A stretch of DNA of 64,000 nucleotides from Tubiluchus corallicola (GCA_030141605.1 JAQGDQ010000066.1:434001-498000); one strand, 5' to 3'. Shown: positions 12,591-25,452, counted from the stretch's first letter. A program made the numbers and translations. Notes: generated by a model not told the origin, from the sequence alone.

Positions 12591-13599
12591 GAGTTGAGTT
12601 TTAAAACAATATGCTTGTAGCACCAAGGGTAAAAATGTCATGAATATCTAGGTCTGAGGATTAATTTACTGACCAGGCATAACACCTATATAGATGCAAA
12701 ACACAGTCTGCTATCAGCAGATGCCAAAAATAAATTAAAATCTCACACATTGCCAGCAAGGCTTTAAAAAAGAAACTTGTCGGCACTTTTATGTAGAAAT
12801 TTGATGCACGGATAATATACCTCAATCCTAAACATAACAGTCTAAACACTGTCACACTATTAATTACTTAAAACCTAAGCCAATGAGCAGACTTATTAAG
12901 TTTTTATTTGCTCTTCCTAAGTGATTATTTAAAGTCTGTCTTATTTTATGTTCCCGATGCAACTTTGTTGAAAATACCTGTGACTTTCCCAGCTGCTATA
13001 GCACCAACACATGACCTTGGCTTTGCACCACCTTGATCAACTGTTTAGGTTATAAATACTTTAGTTTCAGCACGCTGAGTGCCGCTACACATGTAATCAT
13101 AGGCCCAGGGAAAGAAATTATAGGAAATTAATGACAGACACAAGGATGTTAAGAATTTCTAACTATTCAGGGGTAGTGCAACAGAGACAAGCAAAACAGC
13201 TAAACAATCAAAGCAGCCTTGCTTAAAATGCTGTTCTTGGTTAGATCAGTAATGCTAGTTTCATAGAATTATCGCTAAACTAGAGAGTCTAATTACAAGA
13301 TTAAGCAAAGTAACAGCCTTATACATTACTTACTAAGCACTACAAAAGATATTTGATTACAGTAACTTGTTAAACGCTACTTCTTCTTAACACTGTCCAC
13401 CTTATAGCTTCATTTCCACATTTAAACAGTTAACCTCGAACAGTTATAACAGTTGAGTCTCAGTTACAGCGAGCAAAATTTGACGGTCCCGAGAAACTTA
13501 TTAACACTATGTACCATATATCTTTTTAATAAAATCGTCACCAGTTAAAACTTTTATTTTCACTGTTGGTGCGGCAATCGCAATAGCAGGCATCCACAT

Positions 13600-13953
13600 C
13601 CAACATTTAAAGCTAGAGGGTAGATCCACAGATCACTTGTAATGCCTGTTCTTTATTGTCATTTAGTGTGTGTATGGTGCAAGGATTTTTTTATATAAAG
13701 GATTCCACTGATGTTCAAAATTTCTTTTGAATTCATTTACTGGCTTAGACGTGCCATTTATTGACTTACTTTTTAGAGTTTTGATGCTTAAACCAATGCA
13801 TTTGTTAGCTGTTGGTATCTGAGTGTACTTCCTTACATCCAGTCTAGCTCTAGGTTTGTAGAATTTACAAGGATAACCTCTAGTATTAACTGCATTCCTC
13901 AAGAAGAAGCATGATTTATCCAGAACATCAATTTTATTGACAAGTGACTTCAC
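13600..13953 (-). mobile_element. CR1-type LINE 3' end fragment
   Basis: NTRGYPCKFYKPRARLDVRKY matches the CR1 TRGH..K..K.R.RL..RK.FF terminal motif. The copy is degraded. Confidence 0.65.
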
Positions 13954-14667
13954 TTTCTCTTAGATTTCTCGGAGTTAAAGGTTTAAATTGGCTGTGACTT
14001 ATAATCTGTAATGTATAAAGCTAGTTCATAAAAACTAGTTCATTTGCTGATTAGAAAGCAATAATTTCTGAACTAATTTTTGTATTCTTAATTTCGAAAA
14101 ACAGTTACAAAACTCCTTACTGAACTATTTCGAGCACTTAAAGGCCTCAAATGCCTATTGCCCCAATATAAAGACCGCTTATTGCTGTAATTTATGCTGT
14201 ACGTAAAGTGTTTGTTTGAAGCGTTTTTGACCCATGACCCTGTCAAAAAATATTGTGCACTGCGGGTTTAGAATGCTCATTTAGTAATGCAGTACAGCAC
14301 TTTGAAGCTTCAAAAATAATCTTTTAGAATTTTGCATTTTGTAAAAAATGTTCTAACTGAATAATTAAATTCTAATAATTTTGCCACTGTGCAGACAATG
14401 GTTCACTGTTGTTGCAATTTCCTTACAGTTACATGTAAAGAAGCAGAACTCCAGTAAAAAAACATTTTATAATTATCAGAAATTAAAACGGCTATGCACA
14501 GTAATAGGATATTCGCATTCTTTTTAAAAGTATTTATCAGTACAAATATTAACTAACGTCAAGCAAGTACCCTAAAACTTATGTAATCTATTACATTACT
14601 AAATGTTCAAGCATTAACAATGCTAATTAGTGAGATAAAACTGTTACAATGGGAAGACGCATATGTA

Positions 14668-15101
14668 CCGTATTTTCCCATGTATAAGAGACCCTTTTTT
14701 GCTCAGAATTTTCACTTTAAAAATAGGGGGTCTCTTATACAGAGAGTAAGCTGGGAGTAAGCCAACCCTTGGAGAAGTCTGCAGCTGGGTCCTCAAGGCA
14801 TGGAATGGTGTAAAGCCAGAGGTCATTATTAAATCTTTCAAGAAGTGTGGCATCTCCAATGCCATGGACGGCACAGAGGACAATGCCATTTTTGAGCAGA
14901 GTGACTCCTCTGATGATGAACTGGCTGGAATTGCTGAAGGTCTGACTCCAGTTGATATTTTTGATGAGAGTGATGAGGAATTTAATGGTTTCTATGATGA
15001 ATAAAGTTATTCATTACCAAAAAACTTTTTTCCAGAATTTTTGCCTAAAAATTGAAGGGGTCTCTTATACACAAGGGTCTCTTATACATGGGAAAATACG
15101 G
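14668..15101 (+). mobile_element. Internally deleted pogo-family (Tc1/mariner) DNA transposon
   Basis: Perfect 29-bp TIRs CCGTATTTTCCCATGTATAAGAGACCCTT flanked by TA on both sides (14666-14667, 15102-15103). The interior encodes a transposase C-terminus: KPTLGEVCSWVLKAWNGVKPEVIIKSFKKCGISNAMDGTED plus an acidic tail. Confidence 0.9.
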
Positions 15102-16229
15102 TATTCAACTGACAATATAAACATATTCATATCAGAAAAAAATTAAAAGTTTAGCATAATATAAGAAAAAAGTTTAATCTAATCCTGTTGTTTTCCGTAT
15201 GCAAACGGGGGGTAAACTCTTGTTTCATACCAAAAATAGGCAGACACTATGTTTACGCTATAGTAATAAAGCATGACTCGCCCACTGTAATATGGGTTGC
15301 GTGCATTCACCGCGTGTCCTATCTAGGGATTACGTAATATAGATATCAATAAGGATATTAAATTTCACTAATATTCAATAAGGATATGGGTTGCGTGAAT
15401 TTAGTGGATGCGGATATTTACAATTGTGGATTTTGAGGTTGTGGATAGACAAGAAACTGATATATTGCCCTCTCTGATGGCGATCCGTATTTCTCGTCAG
15501 TATCTTTTGTGGTACGGCGATCTGTATTTTCTCGTTAATATTGTTCGCTGTATGGATCTACCGTATTTTCAAGCGAATGCTTTCGAGACACTATTTTTAG
15601 TCACTGCCTTTATTCTATTCCACAATCCTTCAATACCCTCATAGAAAACGAATACACGTTTACGAACATGAACACAAAGTCGCTCTCTAGTCCTTATCCT
15701 CTAGTTCAAAAATGTTAAATTACTTTAGTCTTTACTTAGTCTTTAGTTTTAAATTAAATTAAAGTAAAAGACACTAGTCTTTCACTAAAGAAACAAGTAA
15801 AAAATTTCAGGTAAGACTACAGGCATCAACTCACCGGGACCTTGTACTGGCAGCAGGCTAAAAAAGAAGTCTGTACTGCCAGCTCGTTATGGTGCTTTAG
15901 GTGACGCTGGTGATGCAATAATAAGCTACGTATATTTTGCAATGTAATCATATTTTAAGGGAGGGCCTGCCAATGCTTATCTGAACTTGGTTACTTATAT
16001 CATTACTCGTTTTTGAGTCACGTATCTGCAGTATGAGTAGAAGTCTATCCCAACTTGGTGGCAACAAATTTGACAATTTTCAATCTCAATCTTTCAGACA
16101 AAATTTCAATTGCAATATGGGTATTCTTGCATTGAGTTTTATCATTACGGCAGAAATGAAAGATTTTTCATATTGGTGAGTTTGTATTGGAGATAAAGAT
16201 ATATCAAGAAGAAAATCTTCTAAATTAAT

Positions 16230-17031
16230 ACCGAATGAAGTAAGACAAGAACACAGTTACAGCTCTCTACAAAGTAAGTCAACTACGATATCAATGCAGT
16301 ATGCGAATGATGTGGCATGGATTACAAGAAACAAAGAAGAAGTAGATGAAATAAAAAACTCGTTATAAACAGAAATAAAACTGAAGAGTTTCATATAACA
16401 CGCCATGGTGATGAATCATGGCAAAGATGCAAGTATCGCGGTAGTCTGCTAGCAACAGAGGACGACATATTAAGACGAAAGATAATGGCATTATCAGCTT
16501 ACTCAAAATTCACAAAAGTTTTTGAAAATAGGAAGATTTCTTTGGAAACAAAAATCAGAATATTCTCAGCCTTAGTCGAAACTGTATTTCTGTATAACTC
16601 TGAGCTCTGGACATTAAAAGCAAATCATAAAGCTGAAATCGATGGGTTTCAAAGGCGAAATTACAGAAACATTTTGGGTATTAGATGGCCAAAGAAAATT
16701 TCAAACAAAGATCTATATGAAAAAATGAAAGAAGAACCTTGGACAAGAAAAATAAAAAGACGACATTTAAGATGGATTGGGCATATGCTTAGACTACCTG
16801 ATGACGTTCCAGTGAAGATAGCTCTTCAACAAGCCATAGAACCTGCTAAAAAAACTTGCAGGAGGACAAATGTTAACATACTTTAGATTTTGCACAGAAA
16901 GATTTAAACACTTCAGCATTGATCCTTAGAAACAAATCCACTTGGGGCATTGCAGTGTGTAGGGAGTCCTAGCATAGACAGGTGAGCAGAATCATGTCCC
17001 TGGACGTTTGATTCAGTGAAGAAGAAGAAGA
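16230..17031 (+). mobile_element. RTE-clade LINE fragment (degenerate RT, 3' end) with (GAA)n tail
   Basis: QYANDVAW (decayed YADD) near 16297. ORF 16485..16886 contains KIRIFSALVETVFLYNSELW, ILGIRWPKKISNKDLY and RRHLRWIGHMLRLP. The copy ends in gaagaagaagaag. Confidence 0.85.
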
Positions 17032-17034
17032 AAA

Positions 17035-17390
17035 TCCTTAGCACTAGCTGCATATCCCAAATTAACAAAAAATTTTGAAAGTAAGAGGATCAGCCTAGAA
17101 ACAAAATTAAGAACCAAAAGGAGACGGTTAAGATGGATAGGACATTTTATACTACTACCAGATGGCAGCCCATTAAAATTAGTTTTCAAAGTAGCACTGC
17201 AAAAAGAAATGAAACCGTAAGGAGAACAGCTGCTGACTTACATCAGTTTCATCCAAAAAGATCTTATCAACGCACCATTAGATATCAAAAATACAGACGC
17301 ATGAGAGGTTGCAGGTGACAGGACAGCATGGAGTAAAGTGATTAGGAGGGTCATGTCAGAGGACGTGTGACTCCAAAGATGATAATGATG
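17035..17390 (+). mobile_element. Second, internally deleted RTE fragment directly abutting the first
   Basis: It repeats diverged homologues of the AYSK.TK.FE..KISLETK and LRWIG regions and ends in gatgataatgatg. Confidence 0.65.
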
Positions 17391-18179
17391 AAAACGTTAA
17401 TTTGAGTAGTTGTGATTACTGATTACTTTTATCACGCCTAATTACTTTTGGTACTCAATCTAATTATTGGCGAGTTCTGGAACCTTTCAATGTTTTTTAA
17501 CTTTGATTGCAAAGCACTGGGGTTGTAATTCAGCTCGCCTCAATTTTTATAGCAGTCTAACCGACCTCAATTGTGAACCGATTTCCAAATGTAAATTTGC
17601 TTTTAACAACATTCATGAGTAAAAAATATTGTCAAATAATGTTAAATTGCTAAATTAAAACACCACGGAATTATGTACTTGTAAACCAAAACCATCGGCA
17701 TGGTTAAAACTATGTCATGATGCTTCAAAGTAGAAAGCACTAAAAATTTGGTCAAATGTAAACTTTTTTATGAAAACAAATGCCAAATATATTGGACTTT
17801 TATATCCTAGCATCAAATTATCAGGAAAATGTCCAGAAAATACTGAAAATCTAATTTTATAACTCCTTACCTATGTTTCTGTCTTGAAGCTAGTACAGCA
17901 ATTATAAAAAAAACTTGTATTTTCTAGGTGCGATTGTAGCACGTGGAAGCAGACATTTTGCTTCGGGTTTTTTCTTTTGATAAGACCAGATCTTCGTCAG
18001 GAAGAGCCATCTACTGGATTTAAACATAACTTCAATTTGCTCTTATAAAGTCCATAGCTGCCACACTTTCGTATGGTTGCTAAGTGTTTTGTAGAGACAC
18101 GACAAAAAACAATGGCTGACTTTAACCGCATTTTTTTCAAGATTACGTTTTTCAGTGCACAGCCTGCACCTCAACTTCA

Positions 18180-19737
18180 ATGTGGATAATCTCAGCTTAG
18201 AAAAACATAGAGCGATGGGCTTGATATCAAAATGATCCTCACGAAATGGAGATTCAAAATACGTGAATAACTAGAAAAGCTTAATTGCCGACTTATGGAC
18301 GATTTTGCTATTTTGTTATGCAAGGACACAATTAGAGACCTTCCTTTAAACTTTTTTACATCATATCTGTCCAACTGCTTACAAGCAGTTGATTAGTTTA
18401 CATCAACATAAATCGTCACTAGCTAATATTACCTGTGGAAACACTCAAGGTTCTACATTGGGACCATTCTTACTTCTCTACGTTAATGATCTCCCATCTT
18501 GCTCGAAATTTTCCACACGTCTATTTGGAGATAACACAAATTTATTTATGATAAATGACAATCTCATAGCCTTAGAAATTTCTGTTAACCAAGAACTGAT
18601 GAAAACAAATTATCTGTCAACACTAAAAAAACTAAATACATGCTTATCACTAATAGCAAAAATGAAGCTGATATTAATGTTAAAGTGAGTACTAATACAA
18701 CTGAGCATGCAAATGAAGTGAAATATTTAGGAGTATTGGTTGATTCTAAGTTGATATCCACATATTCAGCATGTTTCGCAAAAGATAAGCAAAGTTATTG
18801 GCTTAGTATATAGAACTACATACTACTTAGATTCTTCATCCATTAAACTATTATGTTCTAGTCTATTCATGCTGCATTTACTCTGCAGGCAGCACAAAAC
18901 CATATGCTACAAATTATGGCTTACTCTAAAAGACAGGAACACACAGCACCTCTATATTTTATTGTCAACATTCTAAAACTTGCTTGCTTGAACTGGCAAA
19001 GTTTATATTCAAATTTAAACACCAAATACTGCCATCTCTATTCTCAAATTATTACACCGCTACTTCTACTGTACGTCGGATTTGCATATAGTTAGTCATA
19101 TTTCACTGAAAGATTCAATACTAATACAGGCAAAAATTCTCTAAGATGTAAAGGTGTCCCATCATGGAACTCACTGCTAAATGAAGTAACAGCTGAGTCT
19201 TATTTTAACTTGGTCAAAAATGTAAAAAGATTCTAATGTCACAATATAATCAAAATTAGTTAGTACTACTGCCATTTAAATATTTTAGATTGTTTTGATT
19301 TAATTATTATTTTGTTTGTTCATCCAAGTTCTTCAATCATGTTTTTTTTTGTTTGTTTGAGTTTTGTTTACATTAGTGCAACAAAATATTCTCCTTTTTG
19401 TGATATTTTAGTTTGATTTAGATTATTACTTAGTTTTTCTATATTTATTAGTTATTTATTTATGTTTTGACTCTGATTTTCTTTTGGTTTTGTATTTTTG
19501 TGAAATGAGCCAATGACTGATTTTTTGTGATCATTTTCATTTATTTTTAAAACAAACTGTAAATTCCCTATATAAAGTAAACTGTTGCCACACATTATTG
19601 AATTTTATAGAGACTGCTGATCTGATGACCACATGGTCCCTTTGCTGTGCCTTCTCCATTACAAATTTTTTTTCATTATAAAATTGCAGAAATTGTTGTT
19701 TCTTGTGGGGGAAAATAACACATATTGAATTGAATTG
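18180..19737 (+). mobile_element. Decayed L2/CR1-group LINE (RT region to 3' UTR)
   Basis: Frameshifted RT motifs QGSTLGPFLLLYVNDLP, LFGDNT (FADDT) and KYLGVLVD, then a T-rich 3' UTR ending in a (ttgaa)n tail near 19725..19737. Confidence 0.75.
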
Positions 19738-19799
19738 TTAGGTGCTGTCTGTGTTGGTAGAGTAATTACAGGAAAAATACTATTGCGGATCATGGTGTC

Positions 19800-19922
19800 T
19801 AAGAAATCGGGTTCCTGTATGGAAAAAATTAATTTTGAAGTAAGAAATCGGGTTCCTGTATAGAAAAAATTAATTTTGAAGTAAGAAATTGGGTTCCTGT
19901 ATAGAAAAAATTAATTTTGAAG
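19800..19922. repeat. Tandem repeat, 3 x 41 bp
   Basis: Unit taagaaatcgggttcctgtat(g/a)gaaaaaattaattttgaag at 19800, 19841 and 19882, with no spacers. Confidence 0.95.
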
Positions 19923-20483
19923 TTACCGAGCATAGAAATTTGGTGCTTTTGGACAGTTACAGTAAACAATAGATTGAATTTAATAAGGAACATCAAACTA
20001 TAAAAGTTGCTTTGCAATTTTAATTTGAAGTTATTCTAGGACCTTCAAGGAAACATGCTCATAGCACATGCCCTGTCAAGAGAAATTTAAAAATGAACTA
20101 ACTAATGTGTCACTGATTTAGGCCTGCCCATTATTTCCTTTCTCACTGAGTCACTATTTTATTCAGTGTAAAAAATAAGGAATGTAGCAATATCTTATTA
20201 AAATAATAAATCTCAATAAAGCAGAAATGTAATTTTATAAGTGTTTGTCGCGCAAAGTGTGTGACCCAATATGTATATGGTTAATATACTTTGCTCACTT
20301 TTCATGGACCTGTGAATTGAATACCTGTTGGAGGCCAATGCAGTACTTGAACATGGCTTCTGTGTCATTTCATAACAATATTTGAATTTCAAAATGACTA
20401 ATAATTTTCTAAAAAGAAAAAACGCAATATATTTAAAGTCTCAATTTTTTACAGGTGCATTTGACAGTTTGCAATATAACAGC

Positions 20484-23114
20484 ATGATGGATGGTGCTCG
20501 AACCACAAGTTCAGCAGTAGAGCTGATACCGCAACCTGATGGTACCTTCATTGAAATTTATCAAGTACAGCCTACAGAGTTCGATGCAAATGATGTAGAA
20601 AATGAGGAAGAGGAACAAGTGGAGGAAGACCTGTCACACTCATATCATAACCTAGAACAAATGCAGCCAGTAACAGATTCAGAACTAGATGATTTTTCAC
20701 AACTTGAGATAGAGCCAGAAAATCAAGAGATCACAGAAAAGTACCTGAGAGGTGAAATCACGTTTACTGATTACATAGACATTAGCGAAAAACTTAAAGA
20801 AAAAAGTGCAGCTGATCAAGATGCACCCCTTCCGAGCAGCAGTGAAAGTAGAATGGATAGTGTCATAAAGATGGAGCTTCTGCTCGAAAAGGAGCAGAAG
20901 AAAATGAGAGCAAAGAAGAAAAAACGACAAAGAGGAAGATTGCCGCGAGATTTGCAGGGACTGATGGGTGAAGCAAATTTGTGTTTTGCAAGGGGAAGAC
21001 ACGAAGAAGCCATCAAAATGTGCATGGAAATAATTCGCCTAGTTCCTACTGCGCCTGAACCATTTCAAACTTTAGGAATGATATATGAGGAGATGGGTGA
21101 TATGGAAAAGTCATTGCAAGCTTCCCTAATAGCAGCCTATCTGAGTCCAGGTGATGCTGAAGAATGGGTTAAGCTTGCTGAAATGTTGCTGGAACAAGGT
21201 AATGTAAAAGAAGCTATTACCTGCTATTCTAAAGCAATAAAGTGTGAGCCAAACAACGATGCACTAATATTTGACCGTTCTAAATGCTATGAAGCATTGG
21301 GAGATCAAAAAAAAGCACTTGAGGGATACAGACAAATACTGGGTTCATTAGCACGTGAAGATGGTGTTAAGTTTATGCAGATTTCTAAGGAAATTACAAG
21401 AATTCTGCATGAAAGCGGCGATATTGAACAGGCAGTGGAAACAATGGAAACGGCATTTAAAAAATACCCGCTTGTAATCACTGCAGAAGAAGTGAACCTG
21501 CTGAGTGAGTTGTATATATCTCAAAAAACATTTCCCCAAGCTATTGATATCCTCTGTAAACACTGTGGTGTGATAATTCATGACACTGGTAAAGAAAATG
21601 CTGATGGATTCAGCTCCTCAAAGAGATCGGTGAATACTGTCAGCGTTCCTGATGCTCTGCCAATCGACCTTCGAATTAAGCTAGTTGTGTGTTTGATTCA
21701 TCTTCAGAATTACTCTGTGGAAAGAATTTTAGTGCCCCTGTTTCAGGAATCTCCAGAAACAATGGGCGATCTGTACCTGGATATCGCTGAAGCTTACATG
21801 GAAACAGGCCAGTACAATGCTGCACTACCTGTACTTGCTGCGCTTGTTGATTCTAAGAATTATAATCTTGCTGCTGTTTGGTTACGGTATGGTGAATGTT
21901 TAAACTCATTAGGAAAGATCACCATGGCTGCAAAAGCATATCAGAAAGTTGTAGAGTTGGCACCTTCTCACTTGGATGCCAGAGTGACTTTATCCAGCCT
22001 TCAACAGCAGTTAGGTCGCCATGACGATGCGCTTCGGACTTTAGCCCAAGGGGACGAGCATTACCCAAGTGAACCGCGAGACTTGAATCTCTTGTTACAA
22101 AAGTGTAATCTTTTATACTCCCAAGGAAAATTGGATGAGTTTATTCACAGCAGCAAAATAGCTTTTTCTGGTCAATTTAGAGATTTTTTCAAAGAAGCTC
22201 ACCTTAATCTCATTATAAAATCCAGGACTTCTAAACATCGGAAAGAACTGATTAAGCAACTTACAAGCAGTGATTCGAGAATTAGTGAACTGTCTGTTTT
22301 TAGTAGCTCATCTTCCGCTAACATTGAAGATTTGTGGGAACTATTTTGCAAAGTCTGTGACACTCTCTACGAATTAAAAAGATTTGCAGAATTGGAAAAA
22401 TTAACTATTTCAGCTTTGACATCTCCACGATTCATGGAAGATCCAGAAATCAACAAAGAGTTGGAAATTATGTGTCTAATGGCATGTTATGCAAACAAAA
22501 ATTTTGACTTTGCGTACAACATTATAAAAGAGCTCTGTGTTAAAGACATTCATAATAACCAAGCATGGAATATGTTCTGCCAGATTGTAACATGGTGGGA
22601 GAGCCAGCGCCACAATAGATTTTGCATGCGCCTTCTCATGCGACAACCTGACAATCTGCCGCTCGAAATGTTAAATGGTCACAATTCCTTAGCAGCTGGT
22701 AGTTATAAACACTGCCTTGGAGAATACGTCTCTGCTTTCCGGAAGGCTCCAAAAGATCCCTTGATAAGTTTGTGCATTGGCCTCACTTTTATTCACATGG
22801 CTTGCCAAAAGTTTGCATCTCAGCAGCACTCTCTTATTGTGCAGGGCTGTTCGTTTTTAAATCAATATGTGGAGCTGCGAGGCGAGTGTCAAGAGACGTT
22901 TTACAATCTCGGACGAGCAATGCATCAAGTTGGTTTGTATTATGCTGCAGTGTTTTACTATAAAAAAGTTCTCGAAATGAAGTCAGCTGTTGTAGATGAA
23001 GAGGAAACATTTGATCTCAGAAGAGAGGCAGCTTGTAATTTGTCCCTGATATATCAAAATAGTGGTTCCATGGATTTGGCTAGAATGGTTATACAACAGC
23101 ATTGTGTTATATAG
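20484..23114 (+). CDS. GTF3C3: General transcription factor 3C polypeptide 3 (TFIIIC 102-kDa TPR subunit), about 876 aa, single coding exon
   Basis: Acidic N-terminus with YLRGEITF, then LQGLMGEANLCFARG...CMEIIRLVPTAPEPFQTLGMIYE, multiple TPRs (YNLAAVWLRYGECL) and C-terminal CQETFYNLGRAMHQVGL...DLRREAACNLSLIYQNSG. Splice acceptor tttttacag at 20453-20454, first ATG 20484, AATAAA at 23609. Confidence 0.95.
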   Translation: MMDGARTTSSAVELIPQPDGTFIEIYQVQPTEFDANDVENEEEEQVEEDLSHSYHNLEQMQPVTDSELDDFSQLEIEPENQEITEKYLRGEITFTDYIDISEKLKEKSAADQDAPLPSSSESRMDSVIKMELLLEKEQKKMRAKKKKRQRGRLPRDLQGLMGEANLCFARGRHEEAIKMCMEIIRLVPTAPEPFQTLGMIYEEMGDMEKSLQASLIAAYLSPGDAEEWVKLAEMLLEQGNVKEAITCYSKAIKCEPNNDALIFDRSKCYEALGDQKKALEGYRQILGSLAREDGVKFMQISKEITRILHESGDIEQAVETMETAFKKYPLVITAEEVNLLSELYISQKTFPQAIDILCKHCGVIIHDTGKENADGFSSSKRSVNTVSVPDALPIDLRIKLVVCLIHLQNYSVERILVPLFQESPETMGDLYLDIAEAYMETGQYNAALPVLAALVDSKNYNLAAVWLRYGECLNSLGKITMAAKAYQKVVELAPSHLDARVTLSSLQQQLGRHDDALRTLAQGDEHYPSEPRDLNLLLQKCNLLYSQGKLDEFIHSSKIAFSGQFRDFFKEAHLNLIIKSRTSKHRKELIKQLTSSDSRISELSVFSSSSSANIEDLWELFCKVCDTLYELKRFAELEKLTISALTSPRFMEDPEINKELEIMCLMACYANKNFDFAYNIIKELCVKDIHNNQAWNMFCQIVTWWESQRHNRFCMRLLMRQPDNLPLEMLNGHNSLAAGSYKHCLGEYVSAFRKAPKDPLISLCIGLTFIHMACQKFASQQHSLIVQGCSFLNQYVELRGECQETFYNLGRAMHQVGLYYAAVFYYKKVLEMKSAVVDEEETFDLRREAACNLSLIYQNSGSMDLARMVIQQHCVI

Positions 23115-25130
23115 AGCATGGCTTAGCATTGTTGCATTGCATTATAAGTCAATAATGACTGCTGCCATTTTATTGTATTATTATTTGCTCTACGTCTACG
23201 CTTTTTGAAGTCAAAATTTAGTGCGAAAGTACAGGTTTGGTTCAAAAATGCAATCATTATACATGTGTTATGCTTGATTGCTCAGAGTTTCACTTAAAAT
23301 GATGTGGCCTTAAAATACCTCATCTTTCTGTCAATAGATATGTGAGCACATTAGTGATTATTTATGAGTATTATATACTGTGCATGTATTAGCACCACTG
23401 TCTACAGCAGTGATGTTGACGTCAAATTATCATTTAACTTTCTGAAGTTAATGCACATTTCAATAGTGGAAACTAAAATGTTTGGATATTTCTGTAAGAA
23501 AATATGGAGGTGTAAATTTGTAAGTTTTATGAACTATCTCTGTGTTAAATTTCCAAATGTTATGTTAGGCTTTATCATAAGTAAGCTAGTTAAAGACATC
23601 CATTTTTTAATAAAAGCCAGTAAGACAATTTTTTAGTGCGAATGTATGTTTTGTATTACTTCGTATTGCCAAATATCATTTTTCATAAACAGTAATAATT
23701 TACTTTTAAATTTTAGTATGAATTTAAACTAGTCTAAGTTATTATTTGAGGTTGACCATCTGTAAGTCATGATAATTTTCTGTTTGACACTTAAATGGTA
23801 AAAGTCGATAAATCCCCACTGTAAGAGTGGAAGCTAGTACTTTTTTAAACTCTCACCATGCTTGGAAATTTACTCTGAACAACTAGCAAAATGGTACTTT
23901 CTTACACACAAAAATCGATAACAAAATGATACATTCATATATGTGCATATAAGAATTAATAATGTCAGGACCAGGAGGTGGACGTGTTGTTAAATAAGAC
24001 GAGTCACTCATGGCAAAAAATCTGTCTGCACTGCAGCAAAGTGTGTGACGCAAACCATGTACACAAAATTTATGCGCCTTCTGCAATTTTTGTATGAAGC
24101 ATTTTTAGCTTGAGTAATGGGTCTGATCTGGTTCTGTCTGATGCAGTTTGTAGCAGGTAGTGCACCCAGAATGAGTTTGTCTGAGACAGAGCGCTGTTAA
24201 CAAAAATCTGACTGTAGCAAAGTTGATAAATCAGCATGTGTCAAGTTTGCGCATGAGCAAAAATCTTTGCCAGACAAGTTGTTTCAGTCAGAGCGCATCG
24301 TCATTTACCCTATAGTCCTAACGTGTAACGTTAGTCTTGCTTCTGTCTTCTGAAAAAGAAAACTATAGGCTTTATTTTCGGGCGACAAAAAAACTCTGTT
24401 ATTATTTATTGTAACTGTAGGCTGGGAAATGATTGATAAAGAAAGGTCCGAAAAGAAAAACCGAGTCTGTCCCTAACTTGATATCACTAGCCCGGCGTGC
24501 ATCTGGCAATACTGGAAGACCCAGATCACTCCCCTCCGATCGCTGGCCTCAATTTCTTCCCATTTGGAATTGTCATCCCATACTTTTCACTATTGAAATA
24601 GTGCGTGAAAATAAATTTCCTTTTCAATTCAAATAAGAAAAAATAAAATATTTTAGCGGATCACGCAGCTTGTATTTCATACTGTATATATAAGAATATT
24701 ACTACGTATCACTTTTTTATTGGGAAATGAAGTTACTAAATGCCCTTCCCCAAGCTTTAAAATTAGTAGGCTACTATTTTCAAAATGCGTGAATTCAATA
24801 GTCCCAAATGGGATTCATTAATTCTGAAGCGACAATGTTCGCCCTTGTACTTTCTTTATATCGTATTGTTATCTCATTTGATGTATGTATGCATACAGAA
24901 TACATTATTTTTCGGTTTTGTGTTCCTCTTTCTCACCCAGCTAAGATTCCTTTCTTGGGAGCCAATTAGCTCTTTCCTGTTTGAGAGCAGATGATACAAT
25001 TTCATTTCGCACAAATGACACAGTTATTATGCAATGTTCATAAAAACTGCTGGGCAAAAATAAATATTCATTACCTTACTGCACTGCTTGACGCTACCTA
25101 GGAAAAGCTAAAATTCTTGATACTTACGGG

Positions 25131-25452
25131 CTGGGCCGGATTATGACCTTCTATGCTAACGAAATTTTGGGTTCCCCTCGGAATGAACCACTCTCTAATT
25201 TGCTCGCACTCGTCTTGTGATATATTTCAGCTAACATTTGCATAGTTGGGGACCCCACATTTCGAATAAAGAGCATCAAACGGGGATCCTTCACCTCAAA
25301 TGAGGAGCCACTTTAAAACTGAATTTTCGGAATTTGTGGTCTTTTTTAAACCTAAAATTGTTTAAGTTACTGTTATGAATACAAAATATGCCCCCAAGCT
25401 TGAAGGGCCCTAGGCTGCCACTTGTATTTGCCTATAGGGTAATCCAACCCTG
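25131..25452. mobile_element. hAT-type MITE (degenerate)
   Basis: Termini ctgggccggatta ... taatccaaccctg are imperfect inverted repeats of the CAGGGCCGGATTA type. Confidence 0.55.

Noticed and set aside
19800-19922. CRISPR-like array
   Set aside because: The 41-bp units are contiguous with no unique spacers, the context is eukaryotic and there are no cas genes.
20382-20483. ORF-track N-terminal extension of GTF3C3 from a TTG start
   Set aside because: It runs through a pyrimidine tract and acceptor at 20454, so it is mostly intron. ATG 20484 was used, although a short upstream coding exon cannot be excluded.
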